NCBI RefSeq assembly: GCF_009914755.1
Contig: NC_060932.1
Length of the DNA: 64,000 nt
DNA from: the human T2T-CHM13v2.0 reference genome, Homo sapiens
Strand: one strand, 5' to 3'
Shown: one piece after another, positions 32,294 to 51,654 of the stretch
Position numbering within the stretch: position 1 is the first letter of the stretch
Layout of the letters: the number at the start of each line of letters is the position of its first letter
Notes under the pieces: generated by a model
Seen by the model: the letters and a program-made list of their open reading frames with translations, nothing else
Database searches by the model: none
Told to the model about the DNA's origin: nothing
Position numbers and translations under genes: made by a program

Positions 32294-33073
32294 TTAATGA
32301 AGGCAAAGCCTCTCTTTGCATAATTTCTCTACAAGAATGTCCACTCTCCAAATTCTCTGTGACCTGTTTGCAGAACGTGACAGTTTACAGCAATAAAGGC
32401 ACACGAGGTTACAGCTGTGGCCTTCCTCTCGCAGCAAGGGGGAGCTAGGGCCCAAATAAACATTCAAACCAAGGAGCACAGCAGTGAGTGGCCTAATGGT
32501 GGGATAGCGGGAGGCTGCGCACTGGGTGAGGCCGTCCCAGGGGAGACCCTCCTGCCACTGCTGGGTCTGACGCAGGAAAGCAGCCCCTGCTGTGGGCCCA
32601 TGAGACAGCTGCCAGAAGGCCAAGCTGCCCATGACAGCTCCTTCGCCTGCAAACACACACACACATGCCTGGAGATGGATCTGGCAAGGCCCTTGGAAAT
32701 CACCTCTGAAGATGAGTAAACTGAGGCTCGGAGAGGCAAAGGAACATTGCCAGGACCACACTGTGAGGGAGGCCAGAAACCGCACTGGATCCCAGGTCTG
32801 CGGAGGGGCAGCCCAGTGCCCCATGCACCACACCATGTGCATTTAAGGAAGGAAGTTGGCAAAAACGATGGGTGGAAATCAGTTTCTGACCACTTAGAAA
32901 GTGGAAATCCTTAGCAAAGATAAGTTGATAAGATGTATCAATTGGGTTTAATTCTGCAAAAAGTTGTACATTCAAAATGTATATAAAAGGAAAGACACAA
33001 ATTTGGAAAACAAGGCAGGTGGAGGCAAAACAAAAATATTAATAATAATCAGTGAAGAGAACAGCACCGTGCT

Positions 33074-33680
<607 letters not shown>

Positions 33681-34229
33681 AGTACCAAGAGAACAGCACT
33701 GAAAGATGTTAGAGACTTGGATGCAGTCAGCCTGGGCTCTGCTCAGTGTGTCACTTACTAGCTACATGACATTAGGAAAGGTATTGAACTTTCTGAACTT
33801 CAGTTACTCACTGGTAAACAGAAAAATAATAATTGCACAATACAGCATGAGGAAGTTAATGCAGTTAGCCCAATATCTAGTACCTCATGTGAGTTCAGTA
33901 GATGTTGAGTGCATCTGATTCTATTCATTGATGATAAGAATTGATAGCACATGTCAGACCTACACCCAGATTCCATTTGACAAGATAGAATTTATGAAAA
34001 ATCCAAGCTTTGCTGAGGTCTAGATAGAAAATTTGCAAACTGCGTAGGGCTTCCCTCAAAGAGCAACAAATCACAGAAGCGCCAGACAGCAGGGCCAAGT
34101 GTTTACAGTGCTGAATGCCCTTTCAGTCCTTTTCATCTTCCATAGACTGTAGGACAGTGTGTCTTCCAAGATGCGTGCTCACATCCGATCACGGAGGAAA
34201 TCATTCAAAACATTAGCTAGAGAACATTA

Positions 34230-34900
34230 GCAAGAAGCCTACAGACCGCCCCGCCCCACCCCCCTCGCCCCGCCAACCCCCCACCGCCCCGCTGACATTT
34301 CAACCGAGCTCCTGTTCTCCCTTCCTGATTATCTAACAATGCACAGGCCCTGCCCTCGAGCCACCCACCCACTGCCTCCCGAGCGATGGGCACTCCCAGA
34401 CAAGACCCAGGCTTTCCTCCCTGCGGCGCCAGCCTGGGAAAAGCAGACAGAGCACGGGCCCTGATGGCCCCTCCGCCGGCTCCCCCAGCCCTTCCCTTCC
34501 CTGGCACCAAAACAGATGACTTCATCTGAGGGATTCAGCTATCAGCCAGCCAGCCCTCCGGAACGGGAGCGGAAGGGAGCACCAAGGCTGGCCTCTGCTC
34601 TGGTTACTTTGGCACAGGACGGGGCTCTGTGGAGTGTCAGCCACAGCCTTCAAATCAGAGGAGCCACAGCCTTGCTCCAGGGTCCCTGCCACCCGGGGCC
34701 AGCACTGCCCCTGCACGTGGCCGCCTCTCCCAGCCTGACCTCCTCCCTCCTCCACACTGCGCTGGGGTGCACAGCAGCTGAGTTAGGAACAGATGACAGA
34801 GGAGCCTCCCTTTCTGAGTCCTTGCTCCCCGTCCTGAGCCCCCAGGCTGCTGACCACAGTCCATTCATTTGGTCCACGTTGAAAGTCTCAGTGCAGTCCA
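34230..34900. promoter_or_regulatory. GC-rich candidate enhancer or promoter-like segment
   Basis: Clustered GC boxes (CCCCGCCCC), a TTATCT GATA site and elevated CpG outside repeats. Confidence 0.35.
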
Positions 34901-35777
34901 GTCGTTTTTAATCCAGAGCAGGAATTAAAGCCTCGATCACTGTCTAGATCCGGGTGTCCACTCTCCTGCTCCTCAGCCCCCTTCCTTGACGGCACCATAT
35001 GTGACTATGGAGGGGCCCGCAGGGAGTGTGGGGAGAGTTGCTCAGGCAGGTAGTGGCCCCAGGGAAACGGCTACATCCCACCTCGGCATGTCACTGCACT
35101 GGTGGCTTTACTGTTGGTCTTTTTCCACCTGGTCCAATGCTTTACAAGTACTGGTGGCTGCCCTGGACGGAATGGAGCACCCCTAAGAGGGCACACACTG
35201 GAGTTGGGCTTGGGTTTCCCACAGCCATGTGAGCTTGCACCAAGTAAGTTACCTAACCTTGCTGGACCTCAGTGCTCTCATCTGTAAAACGGGGACATAA
35301 TTGTTACCATCTCAGCGCATTGTTGTGATAATTACTACTTTATGCCCAGTGCATAGTAAGCACTCAATAAATGCGAGTTTTTTTGTTTTGTTTTGTTCTA
35401 AATAGAGTCAGGGTCTCCCTCTATTGCCCAGGCTGGAGTGCAGTGACACGATCATAGCTCACTGCAGCCTTGACCTCCATGAGTTACTTTTGTTACCTGG
35501 GTCTGTCTGGTGGTGAGGGTTTCTATGATATATGATGGCCTTGGTGGGGTAGTCAGCTTCAGCCGGACTTTCTCAGTTCGACTACACCACCCTTCGAGTG
35601 TATAAGTGGGGGCTCTGGACCCCCAAGGTAGCCCCGGACTCCTACGTGCTGGATCGTGGGTTTCAGGTGTCCTTCTCTGTTTCAGCCTGGGATGGGACAC
35701 ACTGCAATTCCTGGTGTCCAGACACATCAGAATCACTAGATGGAGAAGTAGGCTTTGCCCAACATCAGAAGAGAACT

Positions 35778-36064
35778 GGGCCTGGCATGGCAGCTCACAC
35801 CTGTAATCCCAGTACTTAGGGAGGCCGAGGCGGGTGGATCACTTGAGGCCAGGAGTTTGAGACCAGCCTGGCCAAAATGGCGAAACCCCATCTCTATTAA
35901 AATTACAAAAAATTAGCCAGGCATGCTGGCACATGCTGCTTGGGAGGGTAAGGCATGAGAATTGCTTGAACCAGGGAGGCGGAAGTTGCAGTGAGCCAAG
36001 ATTGTGCCATCCTGGGTGACAAAGTGAGACTCGGTATCAAAAAACAAACAAACAAACAAAAAAC
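35778..36064 (+). mobile_element. Alu
   Basis: Dimer with target-site duplication CAGAAGAGAACTG. Confidence 0.95.
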
Positions 36065-36097
36065 AGAAGAGAACTGTGTCATGCCTCTTCTGCACCC

Positions 36098-36207
36098 AGA
36101 GGGGCAGGTGCCAATGGATGGAGAATGCTCTTCCCTTCTCAAAGCTCCCCAAGAGGGGCAGGTGCCAGTGTATGGAGAATGCCCTCCCCTTCTCGAATCT
36201 CCCCAAG
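36098..36207 (+). repeat. 54-bp tandem duplication
   Basis: AGAGGGGCAGGTGCCA.TG.ATGGAGAATGC..T.CCCTTCTC.AA.CTCCCCA twice. Confidence 0.9.
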
Positions 36208-37115
36208 TCAATGTTCTCACTCAGACACCACTCCCTGGGAGCAACTTCCTATGCATCTCAGGGCCCCAGAGGCCAGTTTACTCTGTTGAGCCTTTGTGCA
36301 GGCTCTGAGTGACTCTCGTTCACCTCTTTGTGGCTGGGACTCATCTCCATGGTAGAGCCTGCTCCTGTCTCTTAAAGGGTGGGTGTGGGACAGGGTCAGG
36401 GAGTAACCCCAGGAGCAGGAAGGGCCGTGGACACTGTTTCTCATCAGATTTCACGTTTTTACCCATCTTCTGCCCACCTCTGAGGGATCCTTGCATGTGC
36501 ATTAGGCTCTTCTCTCTCTCTACCTGACTAGCGTGCGTTCCCTGCCCCACGACACCTCCGCAGATTGGGAGGGTGTTTATGGGTCTCCATCTTGTGCTTG
36601 TGAACATGGAAAGGAGAGAGCCAGTGACCACCCCGCCAAGCAGCTTTTCCCAAAATCAGATCAGGGTCTTCTGGTTCTGGTTTTGGAGAGGAGCCCCGAC
36701 GTCCAGCCAGTTACCCCAAGAGAGGATGCTCACTCTGTCCCTAGAGTGACAGTTGAGTAAGGTCCCAGAGGGCTGACCTCCACGCCTCTCTCTGCACAGC
36801 CTGGGAGTCATGGTTAGTGATGACCTGCAGAGATTCCTGCTGAGGCCACGGAGGCCCTGCCATGCGCTGAGCACTGGGGAAGCCCCCAGGCACCTACATG
36901 CCCCTAGACGGGAAGACCCTCCAGGCCCACAGTCTTCATGAGATGCCATTTTTTAATGGTGAGAATGAGTGTTGGCGAAAGTGCCCATCAACAGACACTG
37001 CCACGCTTCACGGGGAATAGCAAACCCGAAACAAACCTTTTGGGACGCAACTGGACTCTGTAGCTCAAAACACTTAAAAACCAGGTCCCAAAGGCACTTC
37101 CAGTGTTCTCCTTGA

Positions 37116-38817
<1,702 letters not shown>

Positions 38818-40829
38818 TCTGAGGGTTTGGGGTTTCAATCAGACTGGAGAGAAAATGACTCGGGCTGTGTCTAAGAAAAAGGCCAGTAACTTCATCAACT
38901 AGAGCTAAAAATATTAGGCATATATACAGGCAGCCCATAACCAACTTCCAGACAGGCTGCCCCTCAAGTCCACCCTTAATGTTTCTTTCCCCCTTTTTAA
39001 CAATGTGACATCTACTACCAGTGTTAGGGGCTGCGTAGTGCATAAGTGCAACTTTCTCTGTCCACCCCTCACTAAGGGTGTCCACAGGGGTCTAAGTCCT
39101 GAGAGCATGCCTTCCAGAGCATCTGGCCTCCCTCTCCTCCCTCTCCTCCCTCTCTTCCTTCTAGGGCGCTACCATGTGGTGCAAGTTTCCAAGAACATGG
39201 CCCATGGCTAGGACCCCAGATTTCAAGTCCAGAGACCTGGGTTCTTTCTTTCCCGTCTGTGCGACCTTGAGTGAGTCATTTAACCTTTGTAGGCTACAGT
39301 TTCCTCATCTGTGACAGATACAAGAAGTCTTGCTCTTTCTCCCTTCCAGGTGGTAGGAATCAAACAAGACCACCAATGTGGGCGACTCCACACTCTTCAA
39401 TGCCTGCCACAGTCTCCAGGTTTCCAGGCAGAGTCTCCCGGGCTCCAGCCTCTCCTCCCAACCCTGGATATGGGGACAAGGAGCAACCTGATCCCGGGCC
39501 TCAGATCAAGATAGAACTTCCCGCCATCCTGAGGAAGTGAGAGCCCCACTCACCACTCCAGACGCCCTTCCCCATGACTTCACTTGACATGCAGAGGAAA
39601 TGACGGCTGGGCACAGTGGCTCACGCCTGTAATACCAGCACTTTTGGAGGCCAGAGCAGGAGGATCACTTGAGGCCGGGAGTTTGAGACCAGCCTGGGCG
39701 ACATAGCAAGATCCTGTCTCAAAAAAAAATAAAAATTTGTTTTAAAAGAACTTTTAAAAAGAAGACAAAATGACTTAAAATGGATAACAAAAGCGACCTG
39801 AATCCGTGGGACCAAGACCATAAATATCAGGGAGAGCTGCAAGGGGCTGTGTGCAACTGCTTGCACCACAAGAAGCGGGAGAGACCGTCTAGACTTGCAG
39901 TGGCAGGTGAGCCCTGGAGGGCCCCCGAGATAGTGAGGTCCTCGGATGCAGGAAAGGGGCTTGTTCTTTGTATTCTCCAGAACTAGCAGAGTCCCAGGAA
40001 CCTCCTAAACTGCTGAAGAAGAGGCGCAGGATAGAGCCTGAGAGGTGTGGGAGAGGAGGGATGCAGCGGAGGAAGTGGGCGGCCTTGTTTTCAGGCACCA
40101 TCCTGCCTGTGTGCCCTGGGAAGGGAAGAAAGGGAGGAAGGAGGTTTCCAAAGCTGCTGTGGCCACCCACAGGCTGAGCCACCTCGCGTCCCTGCTTCCT
40201 AGCGAGATTCCTTGGGCCCCGCCAGTTACTCTAATGACTCTGATTTGCCCCACCATCACACTCCCGGTGATTCTGGGCACCGGTCTGGCGCCGGTGTATC
40301 CCCAGCACTGCCGCCGCCGTGAGCTGCATCCCCCTCCCAGGCCCCAAGAGCGCCTCTTGCCATCACTGTCTGCCCATTGGGTCTGCTCAGAGCTGTGCAC
40401 CCACTGCTGGACCCCACCCCAGAACAGCCATCATTGCGGAGGCTTCTCTGGAGGGGCGGGAGAGGCCACAGACAAGCTGTCGGGCTGGGTATTATTGTCC
40501 AGACCTGAGAGGCCACTTATCTGAGCAGCCCACACAGGGAAATGAGATAGTCCAGCACTACTTTTCCCACTAATATTCTTATCTTGACTGGAAAGAATAC
40601 TGTGTTTGTGTGTGAAGACGTGCGCATGTGATTTTGCAAACTCCTGTGTGTGTCTATTTGAGTGTTTTCATCCCATGACTTCTGACCACATGTCTATACA
40701 TTGGGACCATTTTCTGTGAATCATGTCTGCCTGGGGCGTGCTGTATGAGAAGGAGACGGCAAGAAGGGAGACAAGAAGTGGAGGATGCTAAGGAGAAAGA
40801 CAACAGTCAGAGGGAAAAAACATTTTAAA

Positions 40830-41580
40830 AATGGAAAACAACTAGTTTCGGTAAAAGGATGAAGCAATGGGTATTTTCATACACTGATTATGAGGGTGTG
40901 TATTGATACAGCCCTTATGGAGAGTAATCTCTAAATGCTAAAATGTTGAAATGTTAAATGTGTCTTCTCTTGATTGGAAGTGTACCTTCCATATCTTCCC
41001 AAGAGAAATGCTTGCATCTAGACACACAGAAATATGTACAAGAATGCTCATGCAGAATTCTCTGTAGTAGCAAAAATTATAAACAACCTAAATGTTAATT
41101 GACAAGGCAGTGGTTAAATATAGTATTTTGTTGTTGCTTTTATATCTTTCCTTTAGTTTTTTTCTTTGTTTCTTATATCTGATGTTTCCTTAGATAAATT
41201 ATATTATAGCACAGTATAACAATGCTCTGGAATACTATGTACCAGTCAGAGAGAACAAGAAAAGTCTTTATACCAGAATGAAAAGATTCCCCAAATATGT
41301 AAGTTTTTAAAAATTGTAAAATGTGTATGGATTATACCATATAAGCAACAAAAAGGAAAAAGCACATATATATGTGTGTGTATGTGTGTATATATATCTC
41401 GAGAGAGAGAGAGAGAGCAGGAAGGAGTAAATGCTAAAATGACAGTGGTGGTCACCTCTAAAAGGAAGGACTAGAATTGAAGGTGGGAAAAGTATCTTTT
41501 GCTTTCTGTGCGTTATCTGAATTATTCTACAATGGAAGTAAGTTTCTGTAATACTTATGAAATTATAAACACTTTTTGAT
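40830..41580 (+). mobile_element. Ancient L1 3' end fragment
   Basis: GTAGCAAAAATTATAAACAACCTAAATGT and TGGAATACTATG, with a TA/TG/GA microsatellite at 41365-41417. Confidence 0.65.
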
Positions 41581-42379
41581 TTTTTAAAATCAGCAAGAGT
41601 AGAATCCAGTCACTGTAGATGCTACGATCTAAACAAAAGCCAAGAAAGAAAATAAATACCTTGTTTTCTGTGGCAACTGTGATGTAGCCTGATTCCTCTT
41701 CTCCAGGTGAGGTGGAGAGGGACACAGGAGCAGAGGCAGGTGGGAAGAAGGCAGCCGCAATGCCAGGACATCCTGGAAAAATAGCTACCACTGCAGAGAA
41801 CTCGGGGTCGGGGGTGGCTGGAAGTGTTCCTCAGTGTTAAATTCAGAAAAGGGTTTAATTTGGGTCAACATTGTGTCTTTATCAATGGCGAAACTGAGGC
41901 CTGGACTGAGAAAAATGAGGTAGAGTATCACACCCAAAGTAAAAATTAATTTCTGCAAGTCTACAATTATTTCTCTTTCTCTCTGTGTAAGTGGAGGAGG
42001 AGAGGGAAATTCAATCTGTAGACACCAATGAGTGTTCATTCCTCCTCCCAAGGAGAAATTCTGGCAAAGTTCTTGAATGTGAGCCGACCCACAGATACTG
42101 ACGGCCAGCACGATCCAAAATCTAACTCTATGAGGAGAGAGGGGAACCAGGAAGCCTAGAACCAGAAGCTGAAGACTAAAGCTCCCAGCGCCTACTGAAC
42201 CACCCCATCCCAAATCTCCTTGTCAAGATGGCAACTTTATTCAGAAGGGGGCTTCCAAGGTTAAACAGAGCTATTGAAGAAGAAATCATCCCTCACGCCT
42301 CCACCACAGGCCCAAAGAAGAACTATAAGAGGATCCTTTGGAAAATGAGATTGAATTTTGCTCTTGTGGCTACAAGGAA

Positions 42380-44480
42380 TAGAACCAGCATCAAGGGTAC
42401 ATAATGTAATAGTTCTTTCAACTAGTGTCTGTGAGTAGATAAACTCCATCTTTGTATGAACATGTTTTTGGTTTTTTGGGTTTATTTTCCCCCCGTTATT
42501 CTCGAGCAGTACCCAGTTTCGTTGGGTATAAAATTCCAGATCACCAGTCATTTTCCTTCAATGCTTATTCCATTGTATTCTGGTTTTTTATAACTGTTTA
42601 AAAGTCTATTGACCACCAAAATGCTGTGCCTTGGCCTGCTAATCCATTCTTTCTCTCTAGTTGCTTTAGAAATTTTCCCCCTATCTTTGGTATTCTACAA
42701 TGCACATGGAAGTCAATTTTTTAAAACCTTTTTAGGACTTGTGTTTCCTGAATCTAAGGATATCTGTCCTTCATCAATTCTGAAAAGCTCTCAAGTATTA
42801 TCGCTTCAAATATTGCCTTTCCCTAATTCTTTGCATTTCTCCCTTTTGCCTTAGTTTAAGTTCCTATGAAAGCAGAACCTGAAAGGAAGACTTGAGTTAA
42901 TTTAAGAGGTGATCACGGTGAACAGAAGTGATGGAATCAGAAGAATAAAACAGAAAATCCAATAAAGTTGGATTATGAGCTGGCTACCACTGAGATTCAC
43001 TGGGGTTCAGTCCTGCTGAGGATTCTTTGAGTAAATTAATAGAAAATGCCTTATATTGTCTCACCAAAGGACAATTGAGTTGATACACTTATCTACTTCT
43101 TCTCATCCCTCATTAGTTGAGGGCTGCTGCCAGCTGTGTCAACACCTTCAAAAGTCTGAACTATTTGTGCATAAGCTAAATGGGCTTTTGCAGTGTTGGG
43201 AAAAGCCCAGAGTCAGAAGAACAGAAAGACACTGTGGTCTGCAGTTGAGAAGGGATGCCGGCATTGCCCATGAAATGTACATGAAATGTTGGCATTGAAC
43301 TGTGGCTGCACAAAATCAGGTGGGTCAAGCGAATTAACACAATGCATTACCAGCATCATCTTCAAATTTATAGTGAAATTTCTCATTTGATCTTTCATAT
43401 CTCTTGGCTTCATTTCTATATTTTTCATTGCTTTTTAGCTCTGAGCCTCATATGTGGCAGTTTCCTCAGATCTCTATTCTCATTTGTTGATTTTCTATTT
43501 AGCCGTGTGTAAATAGCTCATCTTTCTCATAATAGCATTTTCTTATAGTTTCAGCTCTCATATGTTTATTTGCTTGCTTTCACATTGTACCATTATCTCA
43601 GTATCTTTGGCAGTAATCCTGCTATTCATTGTGCCTACTGGCTATCATGGCAGGATATTTTTCTATGTGTTTTGTGATGTATTTTCAGTGTGGATTTATT
43701 GAACTTTAATTTACTGAACTTTAATTTATTGAACTTTAATTTATTAATTTATTGAACTCTAATTTACTGAACTTATTTTCAGTGAGGATTTACCACCGCA
43801 CTCCTTGCCATTCTATTGTAGAAATTTATTGAACTATTAATTTATTGAACTTTAATTTACTGAAGTTATTTTCAGTGAGGATTTACGAATTCACTTATTC
43901 ACTTATTTCAGTGAGGATTTACCACCCCACTCCCTGCCATTCTATTGTAGAAATTCTACACACTGGGAAGAGAATCATGTACTTTACTATTTGATTCTTC
44001 CAGATGCTCCACGAAGGATATCATAAACTTGGGATCATTTTTGTCTATTGTGATAAAATACACATAGCATAAATTGACCATTTTAAACACTTTTAAGTGT
44101 ACAGTTCAGTGGCATCAAGTATATTTGCATTGTTGGACAACCATCACCACCATCCATTTCCACAACTTTTCCATCATCCCAAACTGAAACTCTGTGCCCA
44201 TGAAACACTAACTCCCCATTCCACTCTTTCCCAGCCCTGATAACCACAATTCTACCTTCTGTCTCTATTAATTTGACTATTTTAGGTACCTCATGTAAGT
44301 AGAATTATACAGTATTTGTCCTTCTGCATCTGGCTTCTTTCATTTGGCACAATGTCCTCAAGGTTCATCCATGTTATGGTATGTATCAGAATTTCCTTTC
44401 TTTTTTAAGGCAGAATAATATTCCATTGTATGTATATTCCACGTTTAGTCTGTCCATTCATCCATGGATGGATATTTGAG
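42380..44480 (-). mobile_element. Old L1 fragments with an embedded ERVL-type LTR remnant and an L1MB-like 3' end (44050-44480)
   Basis: TTTAAGTGTACAGTTCAGTGGCAT..CAACCATCACCACCATCCAT..AATATTCCATTGTATG. Degenerate L1 ORF1-like sequence at 42500-42850 and 43360-43700. Confidence 0.6.
43690..43955 (+). repeat. Compound tandem duplication (15-bp TTTATTGAACTTTAA units plus a duplicated block of about 55 bp)
   Basis: ACTTATTT(T)CAGTGAGGATTTACCACC.CACTCC.TGCCATTCTATTGTAGAAAT at about 43771 and 43901, with 15-mer arrays around it. Confidence 0.9.
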
Positions 44481-44779
44481 TTGTTTGGACCAATGTTTAA
44501 GTGAATTTCTCAGCTTAGGTTTCGGTTTATTACATGAGAGATATTTTTTCCCCACCGAGAGCCTAAGCAACTGAAGTCTCCCTCACCAGCAGGTAGGATT
44601 TGTCTGGTCCCCCATTCACTGAGCAGGCAGCTTTTCAAGGGTCCTGACTTTTGCACAAATCTCAGATCCAGCTCCCCTTTCTAAGGCCTCATCACCTGTC
44701 CCCATGAGCGTGCATCAGAATGTGCCCCACCCAGGCTCCAGCTCCCGCACATCAGCTCTCACACTTGCCACTCTACCTT

Positions 44780-45090
44780 TCTTTTTGTTTCTTGTGTTTT
44801 TTTTGTTTGTTTGTTTTTTGAGACGGAGTCTCACTCTGTCGCCCAGGCTGGAGTGCAGTGGCATGATCTCCGCTCACTGCAAGCTCCACCTCCTGGGTTC
44901 ACACCATTCTCCTGCCTCAGCCTCTCCCAGTAGCTAGGATTAGAGGCGCATGCCACCACGCCCGGCTAATTTTTTGTATTTTTAGTAGAGACAGGGTTGC
45001 ACCATGGTCTCGATCTCCTGACCTCGTGATCTGCCTGCCTCGGCCTCCCAAAGTGCTGTGATTACAAGCGTGAGCCACCACGCCCCACCG
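44780..45090 (-). mobile_element. Alu
   Basis: Antisense dimer with target-site duplication CACTCTACCTTTC. Confidence 0.93.
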
Positions 45091-48000
45091 ACACTCTACC
45101 TTTCCATGTCCTCTTCATCTCTGGCGCCTGGGACTCCCCTTTCTTGATTTGAAGAAATGGTTTTCAATCTTGGCTTATATTTACATTCAACTGGGGACAT
45201 TTTTTAAAATCCCAAGACACAACCCAGACCGATTACATTCAAACCTCTGGCATAAAAAGTGAGGTTTTAAAAATATATTATACAAATAATCATACAATAG
45301 GTACCTGGATATGTAAAAACTCATAAAGGTATAACTTGAGTTATCAAAATATCATGAGCCCTGCTCTAGTACTGCTGCCTGTGTTAGGTGCTTCTGGACT
45401 CTGGTTCTAACAGTGGGAGGTTGTGTTTGTGATCATTCTAGGCACAACTTTAATCTGGAAATAAAATAGTCATTTTGGCTTTCTCTTTCAGCCTCCTACC
45501 TGAGAGTTTCCCAATTCTAAGAACATTCTGATGTTCTATGCCACATCTTCCTATGGGGTATGAACAATTTTTCAATAATAGCAAATAAATGAGTCTTCTC
45601 AGTGTATCTTCATCTTGTCACTACTGTTGAAGAGCGTGATTCTCCTCTAGCCTATACATGAGCTTCGACTGCTGTTCAGTTACTCCAGTAAACTCCAGGA
45701 TACTTATTAATGATGGTAACAGCAGCCAACAAGTATTAAGAACTTTTGCTATTAAACTGCCCTGCTACCATTGGGACCAAGAATCTGGACCACAAATTTT
45801 CCATTTTTGTTTTTTATTTTCCTTCCATAAATGTAAGTATACAATATATAATGAATATAAAGTATATACTATATAATAAATATATAGTATAATATATACT
45901 GTATATTATTACTATTAATATAAACTATATGTTTATTATGAACGATTTTAAACTTAGAGATAAGCACAGAAAAACAGACCTCAGTAGGACCACCTGAAAG
46001 ATTTAATAGATGTCAATACTTTAGCACACTGGTATCGGATCTTTTGAAAGAGAAACCAAATTGTGGCCAGGCATGGTGTCTCACGCCTGTAATCCCAGCA
46101 TTTTGGGAAGCCAAGGTGGGAGGATTGCTTGAGACCAGGACTACCCTGGGCAACATAGTGAGACTCCCATCTCTACAAATAAGTAAGTGAAAAAAGAAAT
46201 GGTTAAAGATAAAACTAAAACCCTTACCACTCCTTCACCCCTACCGAACCCAAGGGTAACTACTATCTTGAAGTTATGTTTACCATTTCCAAGCGTATTT
46301 TTCCTCTTTCTACGTGTGCATATATTCATAAATAGCCTATGATGCATGTAAATTTTCTACACAAATTCGATTGTGTTGGAATGACGGGGAGTGACCGAAT
46401 GGCTGCCTGCTCACGTGCAGCCCCTGCTTGCTCCAGTAGATGTCACTCGGGTCCCAGTCGGCGAGGGCACAGCTGTTCTGTTCTCAGCAGCGAGTTTGGG
46501 ATTCCCTCTGTGGTAGTGCTGACTTGCTTTGCAGTCTGAGACTGTTCACCTGCAAAATGCAGTAGCTTTATTTTTCAAAACGTAAAGTAACATCGGAAAC
46601 AATGACACCTCGAATGATTTCAGTTGTGACTGGGTGCGGTGGCTCACGCCTGTAATCCCAGCACTTTGGGAGGATGAGGCAGGTGGATCACTTGAGGCCA
46701 AGAGTTCGAGATCAGCCTGGGCAACATAGCAAGACCCGCATCTCCAGCAAAAATACAAAAATTAGCCAGTCTCATAACCCGGTCTCAAAATACATAAATA
46801 AAAATTTAAAAATAAAATTTAAAAAATTAACAAAAAGAATGATTTCTTTACCAGAGAGAAAGCTCAAGAGAATGCAAGCACAGGGCAGAGGACGAAGAGC
46901 TGCGTTCATGTCCCTCTTGCTCAGCCGAGCAGCAGACAGGGCTTGGGCTGGCCAGGCCCCCTCCGCCTCAGTGCCCTCCTCTGAGAATGGAAGAGTTGGA
47001 CTGATTCAGGGGTGGCAAATCATCCCATGTCACATGCCACCTCTTGTCCATTGACAGTGGCTCCCTGGAGGCTGTTCTGGGCAGAGAAAGAAAAGGTTCA
47101 GTCCTGGACCAGCAATAGAGGGGCATGAGAGGGACAGGGCAGCATGCATGCTGCTGACCCAGGAGGCCACCTGAGGCCCTCCCAGCATAAAACCCACCTC
47201 CTGCCCTCCCCTGTGTGCTGGGGAGCAGCCCAGAGATGCAGACACACGGCCAGGACCATGCTCCCATCTGGGTTGCACACAGGTGTCATTATTTTGGAAG
47301 TGGTGTGGCTTACTTTCAGGCCCAGGAAGGCTTAGGAAGCTTGACCTCACAGGTGACAGACTCAGGACCAGGGAGCGCAGAGCCTGAGAAATATCCCCAG
47401 GTGCTGTGTGTGCTGTGATCAAGCTCTGGTCTTTCCCACCTGAAACCGCCAGCAGATTAACCCTGGCCCCCAGGTCCACGGCAGAGCCTGAACACACATC
47501 CACAACTTCCCCACTCACTCAAACTTGCCAACAGATCCAGCAAATTTGGTGAAACAAAAACAAGTCCAGAGAAGTAAGTGCTGCCAGTTTGATATGGTTC
47601 CAGGATGCAGTCATGGCCGGTGTCTTCCTTGGGACATCTGTTGGTCCTAGTGACTGGCCTGGAGGCAGGGGCATGGACAAACTGGTCCCTAGGGCACACT
47701 CCAGAGGGCTGAGAGCCCCACTGGCTGAGCCAAAGGCACCAGCAGCCTCCCTGCCTGCTCCTCCTCCTGGCCCCTCCCTGACCTGCCCTCTTGCTGGCCT
47801 CAGGGCCCCAGGGGAGGCCTAAAGAGGCCGTGGGAGTTTGGCTACCATTATCCGGCCCTTATCACCACTAACGTTCAAGCTGACACTGAGCCCACTTAGT
47901 TCAATGACAAGGAGCTGACCTGGGGGTCACGCCTGTCTCCAGAGAGCCGGTGCTATCTCGGTGACCTGCGGAAACCTTGGCATGAGCTCATGTTTTCTGA

Positions 48001-48270
48001 CGACAGAGGACCCCAGCCATATCACAGGCCCGCGCCCCCACCCTCCGCATCTGGCATGAGCCGGGTGAAGGCTTTACCATTACTTACTGAAATAGCAACA
48101 CTGATAACCACAGCAGACACAAAGCTCATTGATGAATTTCCATTCAGAAAAGCACCTACTCTGGCCCTGCCCACTGCCTGCCTGTGTCCAACGCGGTGGA
48201 CAGCCAGGCACAGGCAGAGCCCTTCTTGGACACAGCCCCAAAACATCACCACCCCCAACCCAGCCCCCGT

Positions 48271-48778
48271 TGTTCGGGAACAGGCCTCAAAATCTGGCCA
48301 TAAACTGCCCCAAGACTGGCCAAAAACAAAATCTCTGCAGCACTGTGACATGTTCGTGATGGCCGTCACACCCATGCTGGAAGGTTGTGGGTTTACCAGA
48401 ATGAGGGCAAGGAACACCTGGCCCACCCAGGGTGGAAAACTGCTTAAAGGCGTTCTTAAACCACAAACAATAGCATAAGGGATCTGTGCCTTAAGGACAT
48501 GTTCGTGCTACAGATAACGAGCCAGACCCATCGCTTTACTTTTGCCCATCCCTTTATTTTCCATAAGGAATACTTTTAGTTAATGTATAATCTATAGAAA
48601 CAATGCTTATCACTGGCTTGCTGTCAATAAATACATGGGTAAATCTCTGTTCCAGGCTTTCAGCTCTGAAGGCTGTGAGACCCCTGATATCCCACTCCAC
48701 ACTATATTTCTGTGTGTGTGTCTTTAATTCCTCTAGTGCCACTGGGTTAGGGTCTCCACGACTGAGCTGTTTTCAGCA
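48271..48778 (+). mobile_element. Solo LTR, MER9-like (HERV-K9/HML-3)
   Basis: TGTTCGGGAACAGGCC...AAATCTCTGCAGCACTGTGACATG...TTTCAGCA. TG/CA ends, AATAAA at about 48626, and a perfect 6-bp target-site duplication CCCCGT (48265-70 and 48779-84). Confidence 0.9.
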
Positions 48779-49204
48779 CCCCGTGAAGATACGATGTGTC
48801 CATATGCCGTTAGAGGAATATGTATCCCGAGAATTCATGCTACAGCGCACTTTCTCCTCACTTGGGAAAATGCCTTCAGGATAGAAACCTTGTTTGATAT
48901 ATTTGTATGTTCCGAAATTGTCCCCCGCCTCACCAGCACAGGCTGTTCAACATAAACGGGCTGGGTTGAATTGAATCGGGCAGTGTTGACAGAACACAGG
49001 ACCAGGAAGCAGGTCACCCAAGCTGCTGGCCCTGCCATGGCTCCTGGTGGACGTGAGGGAGGTGAGTTTCCTGTCTATGCTCCAGGTGGAGTTACATTAT
49101 ATGGTCTTAAGATCTGTCTATTAAGAAGAGCACTTAGTGCATTTACATTTAATGTCATTACTGACATATTTGAGTTAAATCTACCACTTCTTTTGTAATT
49201 TTCT

Positions 49205-51650
<2,446 letters not shown>

Positions 51651-51654
51651 GGCT

